NCBI GenBank assembly: GCA_963708075.1
Contig: OY970194.1
Coordinates: 736,001 to 800,000 of the forward strand
Direction of reading: 5' to 3'
Length of the DNA: 64,000 nt
Source of the DNA: Sedimentisphaerales bacterium
GTDB lineage: Bacteria; Planctomycetota; Phycisphaerae; Sedimentisphaerales; Anaerobacaceae
Position numbers and translations under genes: made by a program. The stretch's first letter is position 1. The number at the start of each line of letters is the position of its first letter. A model generated the notes under the pieces. That model had not been told where the DNA came from, did not search any database, and saw only the letters and a list, made by a program, of their open reading frames with translations. This document shows positions 19,489-29,468 of the stretch, one piece after another.

Positions 19489-22400
19489 TCACGCTCTTTC
19501 GAGGTCACATCGCAGGCACCTGCCCGCCTCGACGATAGCCTGTTCCCGGTCCAGCCCCAGCACGACCTCCGCAAAGCCGCGTTTGCGTTTACTCAAGGGG
19601 ATCATCTTTTCCTCGGCTCGGCCGTTGGTATCGGTGGGCGTTTCACGCACTTGCGCCAGAGCGACGCCGATGTCCTGCGGCAGGAGCCCCTTGCCGCCCA
19701 GCATCCGGTCGATATTTACGGCCGCCTTTTGACCGGCCGCGATCGCCGAGATGACCGACGCGGCGCCTGTCACGCAGTCCCCGCCGGCGAAGATCTCCGG
19801 CCGGGAGGTTCTGTGCGTCAAAGGATCGGTCCGTATCGTGCCCCACTCGGTTAGTTCAGGTCCTCCCTCAAAGCCGACCACCTCACAGGACGGTACCTGC
19901 CCGATCGCCGGGATCACAATCTCGCATTCGATCACGGTTTCACTGCCCTCGATGGCCACGGCCTTGCGCCTGCCGTCTTTCTCCGTTTTGCCCAGTTCGG
20001 CTCGGAGGGACTCAATGCCGACGACCCGGCCCGCCGTCCCCACGATGCGCCTGGGGATCGCCAGCACAATCACTTCCGCGCCTTCGGCAATCGCCCCGCG
20101 AATCTCTTCCTCGTAGGCGGGCATCTCCTCGCGGGTCCTCCGGTACATCACTGTCACTTTGTCTGCGCCCAACCGGATCGCCGATCTCGCCGCATCGATG
20201 GCTGCGTTGCCGCCGCCGAGCACGACGACTCGTTTGCCTGCGCAGTCGATCCCTTTGCCAAGGGCACGATCCCGCAGGAAGCCTATCGCGTCGACGACGC
20301 CTTCGAGATCGCTTCCCTCGATGTCGATGGTCTTGCCCCTCTGCGCGCCTGTGGCCACGAATACCGCTCTGAAACCTTGCTTGACCAGGGTGCTCGTATC
20401 GGCCACCGGAGTCGAGGTATGCAGTTCCACGCCGTGAGAGAGAATGAAGGCGATTTCCCTGTTCAACGTGTCCTTCGGGAGCCGGTATTCGGGAATTCCC
20501 AGCGCGAGCATTCCACCGGGGATGGGCTGTGCTTCGAACATCACCGAGCGTCTGCCCATCAGGGCCAGAAAGTATCCGCAGGCGAGGCCGGCGGGTCCTG
20601 AGCCGATGATCGCTGCGGCCGGCTTGTGATTGGATGCGCGGACGAGAGGCTTGTCATGATCGTCGAGATTGTCCGCGATGTACCGCTTCAAGGCGCGAAT
20701 CGCGAGAGGCTGATCGATCTCGCTTCGCCGGCATTTGCCTTCGCAGGGATGATCGCACACGCGCCCGCAGACGGAAATGAGCGGATTGCGTCGCCGGATC
20801 ACGTCCGCCGCCTCGTGCAGCCTGCCTTCGCCCGCCAGCGCGAGATACTCAGGCACATTGACGCCTGCCGGACACGCGTGCTGGCAGGGGACCCGGACCA
20901 GCCCTTCGCAGACGGAGGCCCGACATGTCTTCAGGACGATGTGCTCGATGTACTCCTCGCGGAAATGCCGCAGTGTCGATAGGACCGGGTTCGGAGCCGT
21001 CTGTCCAAGCCCGCAGAGCGAGGCTCTTCTTGATATGCGAGCCGAGGGTCTCCAGTCGGTCAAGGTCGGCCAATGTGGCCTGGCCGCGCGTGATAGCTTG
21101 CAGGATTTCGAGCATCTTCCTGGTGCCGACACGGCAGGGGGTGCACTTGCCGCACGACTCCGCCTGGACGAATTCCAGAAAGTACCTGGCGACGTCCACC
21201 ATGCAGGTGTTCTCGTCCATCACGATCAGGCCACCCGAGCCCATGATGGCGCCGATAGCCTGAACGCTGTCGTAGTCGAGCTCGGTGTCGAGATATGCCG
21301 CCGGCACACACCCGCCGGAGGGCCCGCCGAGCTGAGCAGCCTTGAACTTCCGGCCCTTGCCGATGCCGCCGCCAATGTCGAACACGATCTCCCGCATGGT
21401 CGCGCCCATCGGAACTTCGACCAACCCGGTGTTCCTGACCCGACCGGCCAAGGCGAAGATCTTCGTGCCCTTACTCTTTTCCGTTCCGAAGGCGCTGTAC
21501 CACCTTGCCCCGTTCTTCATCACGAGCGGGACATTCCCGAAGGTCTCGACGTTGTTGATGTTGGTCGGCCGTCGCATGTAGCCGCTTTGTGCCGGGAAGG
21601 GCGGACGCGGGTTCGGCATGCCCCGCAGACCTTCCAGCGAGGCGATCAGCGCGGTTTCCTCACCGCAGACAAAGGCGCCCGCCCCCATTCGCACCTTGAT
21701 GTCAAAGTCGAAGCCGGTCCCGGCGATATCCTTGCCCAGAAGGCCTCTTTCCCTCGCTTGCTCCAGTGCGATGCCTACGTGCTCGACCGCAATAGGGTAC
21801 TCGGCGCGGACATAGACGATTCCCGTCGCTGCCCCAATGGCGTATGCAGCAATGATCATGCCTTCGATGACGCGGTGTGGGTCGCCTTCCAGCAGGGCAC
21901 GATCCATGAATGCACCCGGATCGCCCTCATCGGCATTGCAGATCAGGTACTTTTCGTCGCCCGGCGCCTGCCGGCAGAACTTCCATTTCAGCCCGGTCGA
22001 GAAGCCCGCGCCTCCCCGACCTCTCAGGCCGGAAGCGATCATCTCGTCGATAACTTCCTGGGGCGTCCGCTCGGCTAAGACTTTCACGGCTGTGACGTAT
22101 GTGCCGCGCTCGATGGCGCGTTCAATCTCCCTCGGATCGATGCGCCCGCAGTTCTCCAGGACCAGCCTTCGCTGCTTGTTGTAGAAACTGACGTCTTCGA
22201 TCCTGGGCTGCGGCTGCCCATTTTGCACTACGGCGAGCCTCTCCACGGGCAAATGGTTGCGGATCGTGCGCTCTATGATCTCGTCAACATCGTCGGGTGT
22301 GACACCGCCGTACAGGAAGTTGTCGGGCTCGATGAGCATGACCGGCGCCTTGGCGCACAGGCCGATACAGCCGGTATGCACTATGGCGACTTCGTCGGCA

Positions 22401-22573
22401 AGCCCCAGGACCTCGAGTCTTTCGCGAAACTTCGCCGCCACGTCCGCCGCTCCGAGCGCCCTGCACCCGGTCATGCAGATCAGGACTCTCGTGGTGTGTT
22501 TCCGCGCTTCGTCCTGGAGTCGGCTGTGTAGTTGCTCGATGGCCTTCAGAGATCGGATCTTGGGCTGTGACAT
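19489..22573 (-). CDS. HydB/NuoF-like flavoprotein fused to a GltD/NfnB-like NADPH-FAD module; apparent frameshift near 21024
   Basis: Trx-like [2Fe-2S] domain, GLRGRGGAGF, NADEGDPGAFMDR, GAGAFVCGEET, ESCGKCTPCR. Deleting one base in AAGAAGAGCC restores KKASLCGLGQTAPNPV. Then CQHACPAG, CGRVCDHPCE, GSGPAG, GGGNAAID, YRR, FAGGD, CLRCD. Confidence 0.9.
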
Positions 22574-22576
22574 TCG

Positions 22577-23059
22577 CTATTTGTACCTGTCCAGTATCCC
22601 CCGGACTCTGGCCGTGGTCATGTTGCCGTAGTAGTCGTTGTCCACCATCATCACCGGCGCCAGGAAACAGGTGCCGAGACAGGCGACGGTCTCAAACGTG
22701 AAACGCATGTCCTCCGTGGTCTGGCCCTCGGTGATTCCCAATTCGCGGCTGATGGCCTGGATCATGCCATGCCCGCCTTTCACGTGGCAGGCGGTGCCTC
22801 GACAGCAGCGGACTGTGTGTCTTCCGTGCGGCTCAAGATGAAACTGCTCGTAGAAGGTTGCCACCCCGTAGACTTGGCTCGCGGGAATGCCCGTCCGCCG
22901 GCTCATCTCCAGCAGCACTCGGGGCGGCAGATACCCGTACCCGGCCTGGATCTCCTGAAGGAGGGGGCTCAGGTCCGTCGCTGTGACCCGGGGTCGTGTG
23001 GCCAGAATCCGTTCCAGCACTCCCATGTCCACGCAAGTATCGATACCCGGTTTCACCAT
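22577..23059 (-). CDS. NuoE/HydC-like [2Fe-2S] subunit
   Basis: LQEIQAGYGYLP, GVATFY, CRGTACH, VACLGTCFLAPV. Confidence 0.92.
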   Translation of the reverse strand: MVKPGIDTCVDMGVLERILATRPRVTATDLSPLLQEIQAGYGYLPPRVLLEMSRRTGIPASQVYGVATFYEQFHLEPHGRHTVRCCRGTACHVKGGHGMIQAISRELGITEGQTTEDMRFTFETVACLGTCFLAPVMMVDNDYYGNMTTARVRGILDRYK

Positions 23060-23112
23060 AGACACATCCTGTCTCCCAACCATTCTGAATTTAGGAAAAC
23101 TATGAGGGCGAG

Positions 23113-23135
23113 ACTATTGTGGAAAGTACGTACAT
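23113..23135 (-). promoter_or_regulatory. Repeated operator copy upstream of the fdh operon
   Basis: Reverse complement ATGTACGTACTTTCCACAATAGT matches the copies at 24057, 36332 and 36632. Confidence 0.7.
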
Positions 23136-23356
23136 GGGCAGTTCGGCGCGAATCTTCATCATTTTTGTTGCGCTTGGCGCAGGCGGTGCTCAGGGGACGC
23201 CGCTCATATGATTTGCAGGTGAATGTGACGATCTCGAGTTGGGGGCCCATTCCAGTACTTGGGGATGACGCGGTGTCAGTGCTCGACTATGATGAGGTAT
23301 GCCCGTGCTTGCGATTACAACGCGGGGCCTTGTCGCGATTTCGGGAGAATCGTAGC

Positions 23357-23962
23357 GTGCACGAACAACTATGGGAACAACTTGCCAGGCTCGACCGCAT
23401 GGAAACCGCAAGGAGAGCCAGGTGCCGATACCTGGCCGAATGCGATTCTTTCGCGATTTTCCTGCTGAATCGTGAATATGTGGTCGATGTGGCTCACAGG
23501 ACGATCCGTGGCATGACTGAGCCACTTGACGCCCGGCCCGCCGGTTATCTGGAGCATCTCTGCATCCTTGCTTATCTCGTCAACGCGAGGGACCTGCCTC
23601 CGGCAGGCAAGCTCGTCAGCGTGGATGGACTGGATCGCGGGGGCTTCTTCTTCCGTGGCTCGCACAGGCTTCCTGTGGAGAAATTGACGGATGTGTTCGG
23701 AGCGGACCCGCAGTTGCTGGACAAGGTTGCGCAGGGTTTGAACGCTGTCTCGCAGGCTTTTGGGGATGCAGCGATTGAATTATCAGTACTTCCGCGTATA
23801 TCGCTCGTAATCATCATCTGGGGGGCAGATGACGAATTTGAAGCTCGGGCCTCAATTCTTTTCGATCAGGGTGTGTCGGCACAGTTGCCCTTGGACGCCC
23901 TTTTTGCAGTCGCGATCCTGACGATCAATACCGTTGTAAGTGCCGCAAGTACAACAGGTTAG
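23357..23962 (+). CDS. DUF3786-family protein (acs-cluster associated)
   Basis: ILAYL...GGFFFRGSH...FGDAAIELSVLPRI..IIWGADDEFEARASILFD pattern. GTG 23357 with GGAG RBS; the upstream part of the 397-aa ORF overlaps nuoE antisense. Confidence 0.85.
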   Translation: MHEQLWEQLARLDRMETARRARCRYLAECDSFAIFLLNREYVVDVAHRTIRGMTEPLDARPAGYLEHLCILAYLVNARDLPPAGKLVSVDGLDRGGFFFRGSHRLPVEKLTDVFGADPQLLDKVAQGLNAVSQAFGDAAIELSVLPRISLVIIIWGADDEFEARASILFDQGVSAQLPLDALFAVAILTINTVVSAASTTG

Positions 23963-24056
23963 CTGCTTGATAGCGTATGGGAGGATCATCGACAGCGAGG
24001 TCCTCGCGGCGATTGGGGCCATCGTCACGCAGCCGAACGAACCAGTACGAAAACGG

Positions 24057-24079
24057 ATATACGTAGTTTCCACAATAGT
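24057..24079 (+). promoter_or_regulatory. Repeated operator copy upstream of the acs operon
   Basis: ATATACGTAGTTTCCACAATAGT. A further 11-nt core, GTGGAAACTAC, lies inverted at 24195-24205. Confidence 0.7.
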
Positions 24080-24334
24080 GGTATGCCCGTTGACGTGACT
24101 ATTATGCTGCTTGGGCGCTCCGCTGTATGCAGTCTCATGACCGCTTGGAGGCATGGGAATATCTGCAGACAGACCTTGATTTTGATTGCGTCAGGTGGAA
24201 ACTACTGTATTTTTCGCTGACATCGGGTCGGGATTGGGCGGGGACCAGTAGTCCTACGTATACAGGCTCGGATGTCGTGTCTGTTTGCGACACCCGGAAA
24301 CGATTAGATCAGGACGGCCGCATTGCAGTTGGGC

Positions 24335-25117
24335 ATGAAGATTGCGATTGGTGGAAAGGGAGGAGTAGGCAAGACGACGGTCTGTGCAGTCTGGGCCCAG
24401 CTTTTCGCCAATGAGGGCCATGATGTCCTGGCCATCGATGCGGATCCAAGCCTGAGCCTCGGCGCCGCGTTTGGCCTGCCCACAGAGCAAAGCCCCCGGC
24501 CACTCATTGAGATGAAAGACTTGATCGCCGAGCGGACCGGCACGAAGAGAGATGCCGCGAGCGCCTACTTCCGGCTGAATCCCTCCGTGAGCGACCTTCC
24601 CGAGGAGCATTGGCTGCGAGTGGGCAACGTGAAGCTGCTCGTGCTCGGGGCCGTAACGCGGGCCGGCGGCGGATGTGCCTGTCCGGAAGGGGCATTTCTC
24701 AAAGCCATGCTGACGCATACGATCCTCCAGAGGGACGAGCTTGTCCTGGTCGATCTGGCCGCGGGGGTGGAGTTCATGGGCAGGGCGAGCGTCCAGGGGA
24801 TTGACGCCTTTGCCGTAGTCGTTGAGCCCGGCAGCCGCAGCATCGAAACCGCAAGAAACATCGCCGCAATGGCCAGCGATTTGGGAATCGGCTGCGTCGG
24901 AGCAATCGCCAACAAGATAACGGAGCCAAGCCAGGTCGAGACAATCCGCTCGCAACTCAATGGCATTGCCCTGTTGGGCGCTATGCCGTACAGCAGGTTG
25001 GTTCAGGACGCCGATTTGAGGCGCTCGGCCGTGATGGAGGCTGATGCGGCCATCGTGCAGGAGTTGGATAGAGCAAGGCAACGCCTTGTGGAACTCGCTG
25101 CGAGTGTGAAGATTTAA
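24335..25117 (+). CDS. cooC: CO dehydrogenase nickel-insertion ATPase
   Basis: GKGGVGKTT deviant Walker A, IDADP, GGGCACP, DLAAGVEFMGR. Confidence 0.92.
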   Translation: MKIAIGGKGGVGKTTVCAVWAQLFANEGHDVLAIDADPSLSLGAAFGLPTEQSPRPLIEMKDLIAERTGTKRDAASAYFRLNPSVSDLPEEHWLRVGNVKLLVLGAVTRAGGGCACPEGAFLKAMLTHTILQRDELVLVDLAAGVEFMGRASVQGIDAFAVVVEPGSRSIETARNIAAMASDLGIGCVGAIANKITEPSQVETIRSQLNGIALLGAMPYSRLVQDADLRRSAVMEADAAIVQELDRARQRLVELAASVKI

Positions 25118-25201
25118 GCGGGAAACGCAGGTGCTGTGGGTCCTGCAGGACTCATAACTCCTGTTCTCCCATAGGATTACACGGGTCGATGAGGAATCTG
25201 C

Positions 25202-27136
25202 ATGGAGCCAAGTAAACGCAGCACAGACAAGGCCGCTCAGGAAATGATCAGCCGCATGGCCGAGCTGGGCCAGCAGAACGCATGGGACAGGCTTGATGCC
25301 CAATTGCCGCAATGCGGATTCGGCAAGCAGGGGATTTGCTGCCGCATCTGCAGCATGGGACCTTGTCGCATCTCGAAGAAGGCGGCGGTTGGCGTCTGCG
25401 GCGCCGATGCCGATACCATCGTGGCGAGGAACTTCCTGCGAATCGTTGCCGCCGGCGTCAGTGCCCACAGCGATCACGGGCGCACGGTTGCCGAGGTATT
25501 TCTTGCTGCGGCCAAGGGCGAGGCGCCCGATTACCGGATCAAGGATACCGCGAAACTGAACAAGCTGGCCAAGGAGTTCGGCGTGGAAACCGCCGGACGC
25601 TCGCCTCAGGACATTGCGGTCGATGTGGGCGAGATCGCGTTGGCCGAGTTTGGCAAGCCGAGGGGGACCCAGTTGATGGCCCGCCGGGCGCCAAAGCCAC
25701 GTCAGGAACTCTGGCAGAAGCTCGGGGTCACGCCCCGCGCGATCGACCGTGAAGTGGCCGAATCGATGCACCGTAGTGCGATGGGCGTGGATCAGGACTA
25801 CCGCAATGTGCTGCGACAGGCCAGCCGGGCGGCGCTTGCCGATGGCTGGGGCGGCGCGATGCTGGCGACGGAACTGCAGGATATTCTCTTCGGGACACCT
25901 TCTCCGGGTCGCGGAGAAGTGAACATGGGCGTGCTCAAGACCGACGCGGTGAACATCATCGTGCACGGGCACGAGCCGATTCTGTCGGAGATGATTGTCG
26001 CGGCGTCTCAGGATAAGGAGTTGCTGGCCGAGGCTGCGAAGGTCGGGGCCAAGGGAATCAACGTGGCCGGGACCTGCTGCACTGCCAACGAGCTGCTGAT
26101 GCGGCACGGCATCCCCATTGCGGGCAACTTCCTCAACCAGGAGCTGGTCGTCGCCACCGGCGCCGTCGAGCTGATGGCGGTGGACGTCCAGTGCGTGATG
26201 CAGGGATTGGCCCAGGTGGCCAAGTGCTACCATACCAAGCTGATCACCACGGCCGACAAGGCGCGGATTGCCGGCGTCGAGCACGTCTCCATTGAAGAGA
26301 AGACAGCGCTGAAGACCGCCAAAGAGCTTGTCAGGATGGCCATCGCCAACTACAAGAACCGCGGCGAAGTGTTCATCCCGGCGAGCAAGGAAAAGGCAGT
26401 CGGCGGCTTCAGTTTCGAGTCGATCAATTACATGCTGGGCGGCCGGTTCCGGGCGAGTTTCCGCCCGCTCAATGACAACATCATCAATGGCCGAATCCGC
26501 GGCGTGGTTGGCATCGTCGGCTGCACAAATCCAAAGGTGCCGCAGGATTACACACACACGACCCTAGCCCGTGAGTTGATCAAACGCGACATCCTCGTGC
26601 TGACTACAGGTTGCGCGACGATTGCCTGCGGCAAGCAGGGGCTCGCCAATCCGAAGACAGCGCTCGATTACGCGGGACCGGGCCTTCGGGAAGTGTGTGA
26701 GGCTGTCGGTATTCCGCCCATCCTGGCCTGCGGCAGTTGCGTGGACAACAGCCGGCTGCTGGTGTCCTGCAGCGAATTGGTGCGTGAAGGCGGCCTGGGC
26801 GAGGACCTCTCGGATCTGCCGATAGCCGGCGCGTGCCTAGAGTCGATGCACGAGAAAGCAATTGCAATCGGCCAGTATTTCGTGGCCAGCGGGGCTCTGG
26901 TGGTCTTCGCCGAAGACATCCTGCCGATCGCGGGCAGCACGAACGTCAGTGAGTATCTGTACGGCGGGATCGAGAAGGAGTTTGGCGGCCGCTGGGCGGT
27001 CGAGTCTGATCCGGTCAAAGCGGCCGAGCTGATCCTCGCGCACATCGAAAGCAAGCGTGACGCCCTGGGCATCAACAAGACCAAGGAGCGTAAGCTGTAC
27101 GACATGGCCGACCGGCGGGCATTGGCTGTGGAGTAG
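25202..27136 (+). CDS. cooS: Anaerobic CO dehydrogenase catalytic subunit (AcsA/CooS)
   Basis: CGFG...CCRICSMGPC, AHSDH, HGHEP, CCTANE, VGCTNP, TTGCA, GSCVDNSR, EKAIAIG. Confidence 0.97.
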   Translation: MEPSKRSTDKAAQEMISRMAELGQQNAWDRLDAQLPQCGFGKQGICCRICSMGPCRISKKAAVGVCGADADTIVARNFLRIVAAGVSAHSDHGRTVAEVFLAAAKGEAPDYRIKDTAKLNKLAKEFGVETAGRSPQDIAVDVGEIALAEFGKPRGTQLMARRAPKPRQELWQKLGVTPRAIDREVAESMHRSAMGVDQDYRNVLRQASRAALADGWGGAMLATELQDILFGTPSPGRGEVNMGVLKTDAVNIIVHGHEPILSEMIVAASQDKELLAEAAKVGAKGINVAGTCCTANELLMRHGIPIAGNFLNQELVVATGAVELMAVDVQCVMQGLAQVAKCYHTKLITTADKARIAGVEHVSIEEKTALKTAKELVRMAIANYKNRGEVFIPASKEKAVGGFSFESINYMLGGRFRASFRPLNDNIINGRIRGVVGIVGCTNPKVPQDYTHTTLARELIKRDILVLTTGCATIACGKQGLANPKTALDYAGPGLREVCEAVGIPPILACGSCVDNSRLLVSCSELVREGGLGEDLSDLPIAGACLESMHEKAIAIGQYFVASGALVVFAEDILPIAGSTNVSEYLYGGIEKEFGGRWAVESDPVKAAELILAHIESKRDALGINKTKERKLYDMADRRALAVE

Positions 27137-27191
27137 CAGGGACGTTATCGGCATTAAGGGCGGCTGAAAAGGATAGTGAAAGGTTGGTTGA

Positions 27192-29378
27192 ATGTCGAGA
27201 CTGATTGCATCCTCGGCGATACGCGGTGCACATAAGATAGCAAAGCAGGCGGAAGAGCTCTTGGCCCGGGCGATTCAGGCCAAGGGCAGGGATTCGAAGG
27301 TCGAATTCCCGAACACGGGCTACTATCTGCCGATCATCTACTCGATGACCGGCCGGACGGTGGAGACATTGGCCGATCTCGATGCGGTGATGGAAGAGGT
27401 TCGCGGCCTGCTGCCGCCGTTTGTCGATGAGGACTTCTGGATTCCGTACCTCGGTCCGGCCCTTGACGCGGGCATGGCCACCCTGTTTGCCGAAGAGGTA
27501 ATCGAGGCATGCAAGTATCTGATCGGGCCGAACCCCGTGCAGGACATCTGGCTGGGTGCGGCCGATGATGTCATCCTTCGCGAACGCGGCATTCAGTTCG
27601 TCGACGGCACCGCTCCGGGCTTCGCCGCCATCGTCGGCGCCGCGCCCGATGTCGAGACGGCCGTGACGATCGCCCGCAAGCTCCAGGAGCGAAGCCTCTA
27701 CGTGTTCATGTGTGCCCACAACAACGGGACCAGCTTCGCCGAGCAGCTCGTGGAAGGCGGTGTGCAACTGGGCTGGGAGACACGGCTGGTGCCGTTCGGA
27801 CGCGACATTACCGCCGCGATCTACTCGCTCGGCTTTGCCAGCCGGGCGGCCCTGAGCTTCGGCGGTGTGCAAGCGGGCGATTTCCGCCGCAACCTGCTCT
27901 ACAACAAGAACCGGATCTTCGCGTTCGTCATGGCGCTGGGCAAGGTGACGGACGAGTGGTACGCCACCGCGGCAGGCGCCATCAACTACGGTTTCCCCGT
28001 CATCGCCGACAGCGACATCCCCGAAATCCTGCCGACCGGCGTCTGCACGTACGAGCACGTCGTATCCAGGATTCCCCACGACAAGATCGTGGAGAAGGCT
28101 GTCGAAGTCCGCGGCCTGAAGGTCAAGGTGGCAAAGATCCCGGTCCCGGTGCCGGTCAGCCCGGCGTTCGAGGGCGAGCGAATCCGCAAGGAGGACATGC
28201 ACAGCGAATTCGGCGGGCAGAGGACGCCTGCATTCGAGTGGCTGCGCATGCGGGAGCTCGATGAGGTCGAGGACGGCCTTGTTCAGGTGGAAGGACCCGA
28301 CATCGACACCCTCGCGCCTGGCGGGAAGCTGCCGCTGGGAATCGTGATCGAGGTGGCGGGCAGGAAGATGCAGGCCGACTTCGAGCCCGTGCTCGAGCGG
28401 CAGGTGCACACCTTCATCAACGAGGCCCAGGGCATTTGGCACATGGGCCAGCGTGACATCAACTGGGTGCGGATCAGCAACGGCGCGTTCAAGGCGGGAT
28501 TCCGGCTCGAGCATATTGGTAAGCTGCTGCACGCCAAGTACCACGATGAGTATTCCAACATTCTGGACAAGGTCCAGATCACTCTTTACACGACGGAAGA
28601 GAGGGTGGTTGCGTTGCGCCGGCAGGCACAGGGCGTCTACGCGGAGCGCGATGCCCGGCTGGCCGGCATGACGGATGATGACGTGGAGACGTTTTACTCC
28701 TGTCTGCTGTGTCAGAGCTTCGCGCCGAGCCACGTGTGCGTCGTCTCCCCCGAGCGGCCCGGGTTGTGCGGCGCGTATAGCTGGCTCGATTGCCGAGCCT
28801 CCCACGAGATCACGCCGTCCGGGCCGAATCAGCCGATTCCCAAGGGCACTTGCGTGGAACCGAAGATCGGCCAGTGGGACAGGGTCAACGCATTCGTCGT
28901 CTCCTCCAGCGGCGGCAAGATCGAGCGAATGAGCCAGTACAGCATGATCGTCGATCCGATGACCTCCTGCGGCTGCTTCGAGTGCATCGCCGCGATTTTG
29001 CCCATGACCGGCGGCATCATGATCGTCAACCGGGAGTTCCCCGAGATGACTCCGAGCGGCATGAAGTTCTCCACGCTCGCCGGCACCGTCGGCGGCGGCC
29101 AGCAGACCCCGGGCTTCATCGGCCACTCCAAACACTACATCGGCTCGAAAAAGTTTATCGCCGCCGAGGGCGGTATCCGGCGCATCGTATGGATGCCGAC
29201 GGCGCTCAAGCAGGAGCTTCGCGACGTGCTCACCACGAGGGCGGAAGAACTCGGGCTCGGGGGCGAAGAGTTCCTGGCCAAGATCGCCGATGAGACAACG
29301 GCTACGACGGAAGAGCAGGTCCTGGAGTTCATTACCAGCGCGGGCCATCCCGTCACGACAATGGACCCGATGTTCTAG
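27192..29378 (+). CDS. acsB: Acetyl-CoA synthase subunit
   Basis: FPNTGYYLP, CLLCQSFAPSHVC...PERPGLCGA, PMTSCGCFE, FSTLAGTVGGGQQTPGF. Confidence 0.97.
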   Translation: MSRLIASSAIRGAHKIAKQAEELLARAIQAKGRDSKVEFPNTGYYLPIIYSMTGRTVETLADLDAVMEEVRGLLPPFVDEDFWIPYLGPALDAGMATLFAEEVIEACKYLIGPNPVQDIWLGAADDVILRERGIQFVDGTAPGFAAIVGAAPDVETAVTIARKLQERSLYVFMCAHNNGTSFAEQLVEGGVQLGWETRLVPFGRDITAAIYSLGFASRAALSFGGVQAGDFRRNLLYNKNRIFAFVMALGKVTDEWYATAAGAINYGFPVIADSDIPEILPTGVCTYEHVVSRIPHDKIVEKAVEVRGLKVKVAKIPVPVPVSPAFEGERIRKEDMHSEFGGQRTPAFEWLRMRELDEVEDGLVQVEGPDIDTLAPGGKLPLGIVIEVAGRKMQADFEPVLERQVHTFINEAQGIWHMGQRDINWVRISNGAFKAGFRLEHIGKLLHAKYHDEYSNILDKVQITLYTTEERVVALRRQAQGVYAERDARLAGMTDDDVETFYSCLLCQSFAPSHVCVVSPERPGLCGAYSWLDCRASHEITPSGPNQPIPKGTCVEPKIGQWDRVNAFVVSSSGGKIERMSQYSMIVDPMTSCGCFECIAAILPMTGGIMIVNREFPEMTPSGMKFSTLAGTVGGGQQTPGFIGHSKHYIGSKKFIAAEGGIRRIVWMPTALKQELRDVLTTRAEELGLGGEEFLAKIADETTATTEEQVLEFITSAGHPVTTMDPMF

Positions 29379-29379
29379 G

Positions 29380-29454
29380 AAAGTGTGAAGTGTGATTTTC
29401 GATTTGTGAAGTCTGATGTATGAATCAAAACTCACACTTCATAAATCTGACTTT
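29380..29454. repeat. Heptamer-built imperfect inverted repeat between acsB and acsC
   Basis: 7-nt units (AAAGTGT GAAGTGT GATTTTC GATTTGT GAAGTCT GATGTAT). 29386-29404 pairs with 29423-29441 at 17/19. Confidence 0.8.
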
Positions 29455-29468
29455 GACGTGAGGACACT

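Noticed and set aside
14505..21030. Programmed ribosomal frameshifting at the metF and HydB-GltD junctions
   Set aside because: No X-XXY-YYZ slippery site is visible, the shifts fall inside conserved motifs rather than at domain boundaries, and similar indels occur in unrelated genes.
22769..23356. N-terminal half of the 397-aa ORF
   Set aside because: It overlaps nuoE antisense and the operator-containing promoter region; only the part from GTG 23357 resembles DUF3786.
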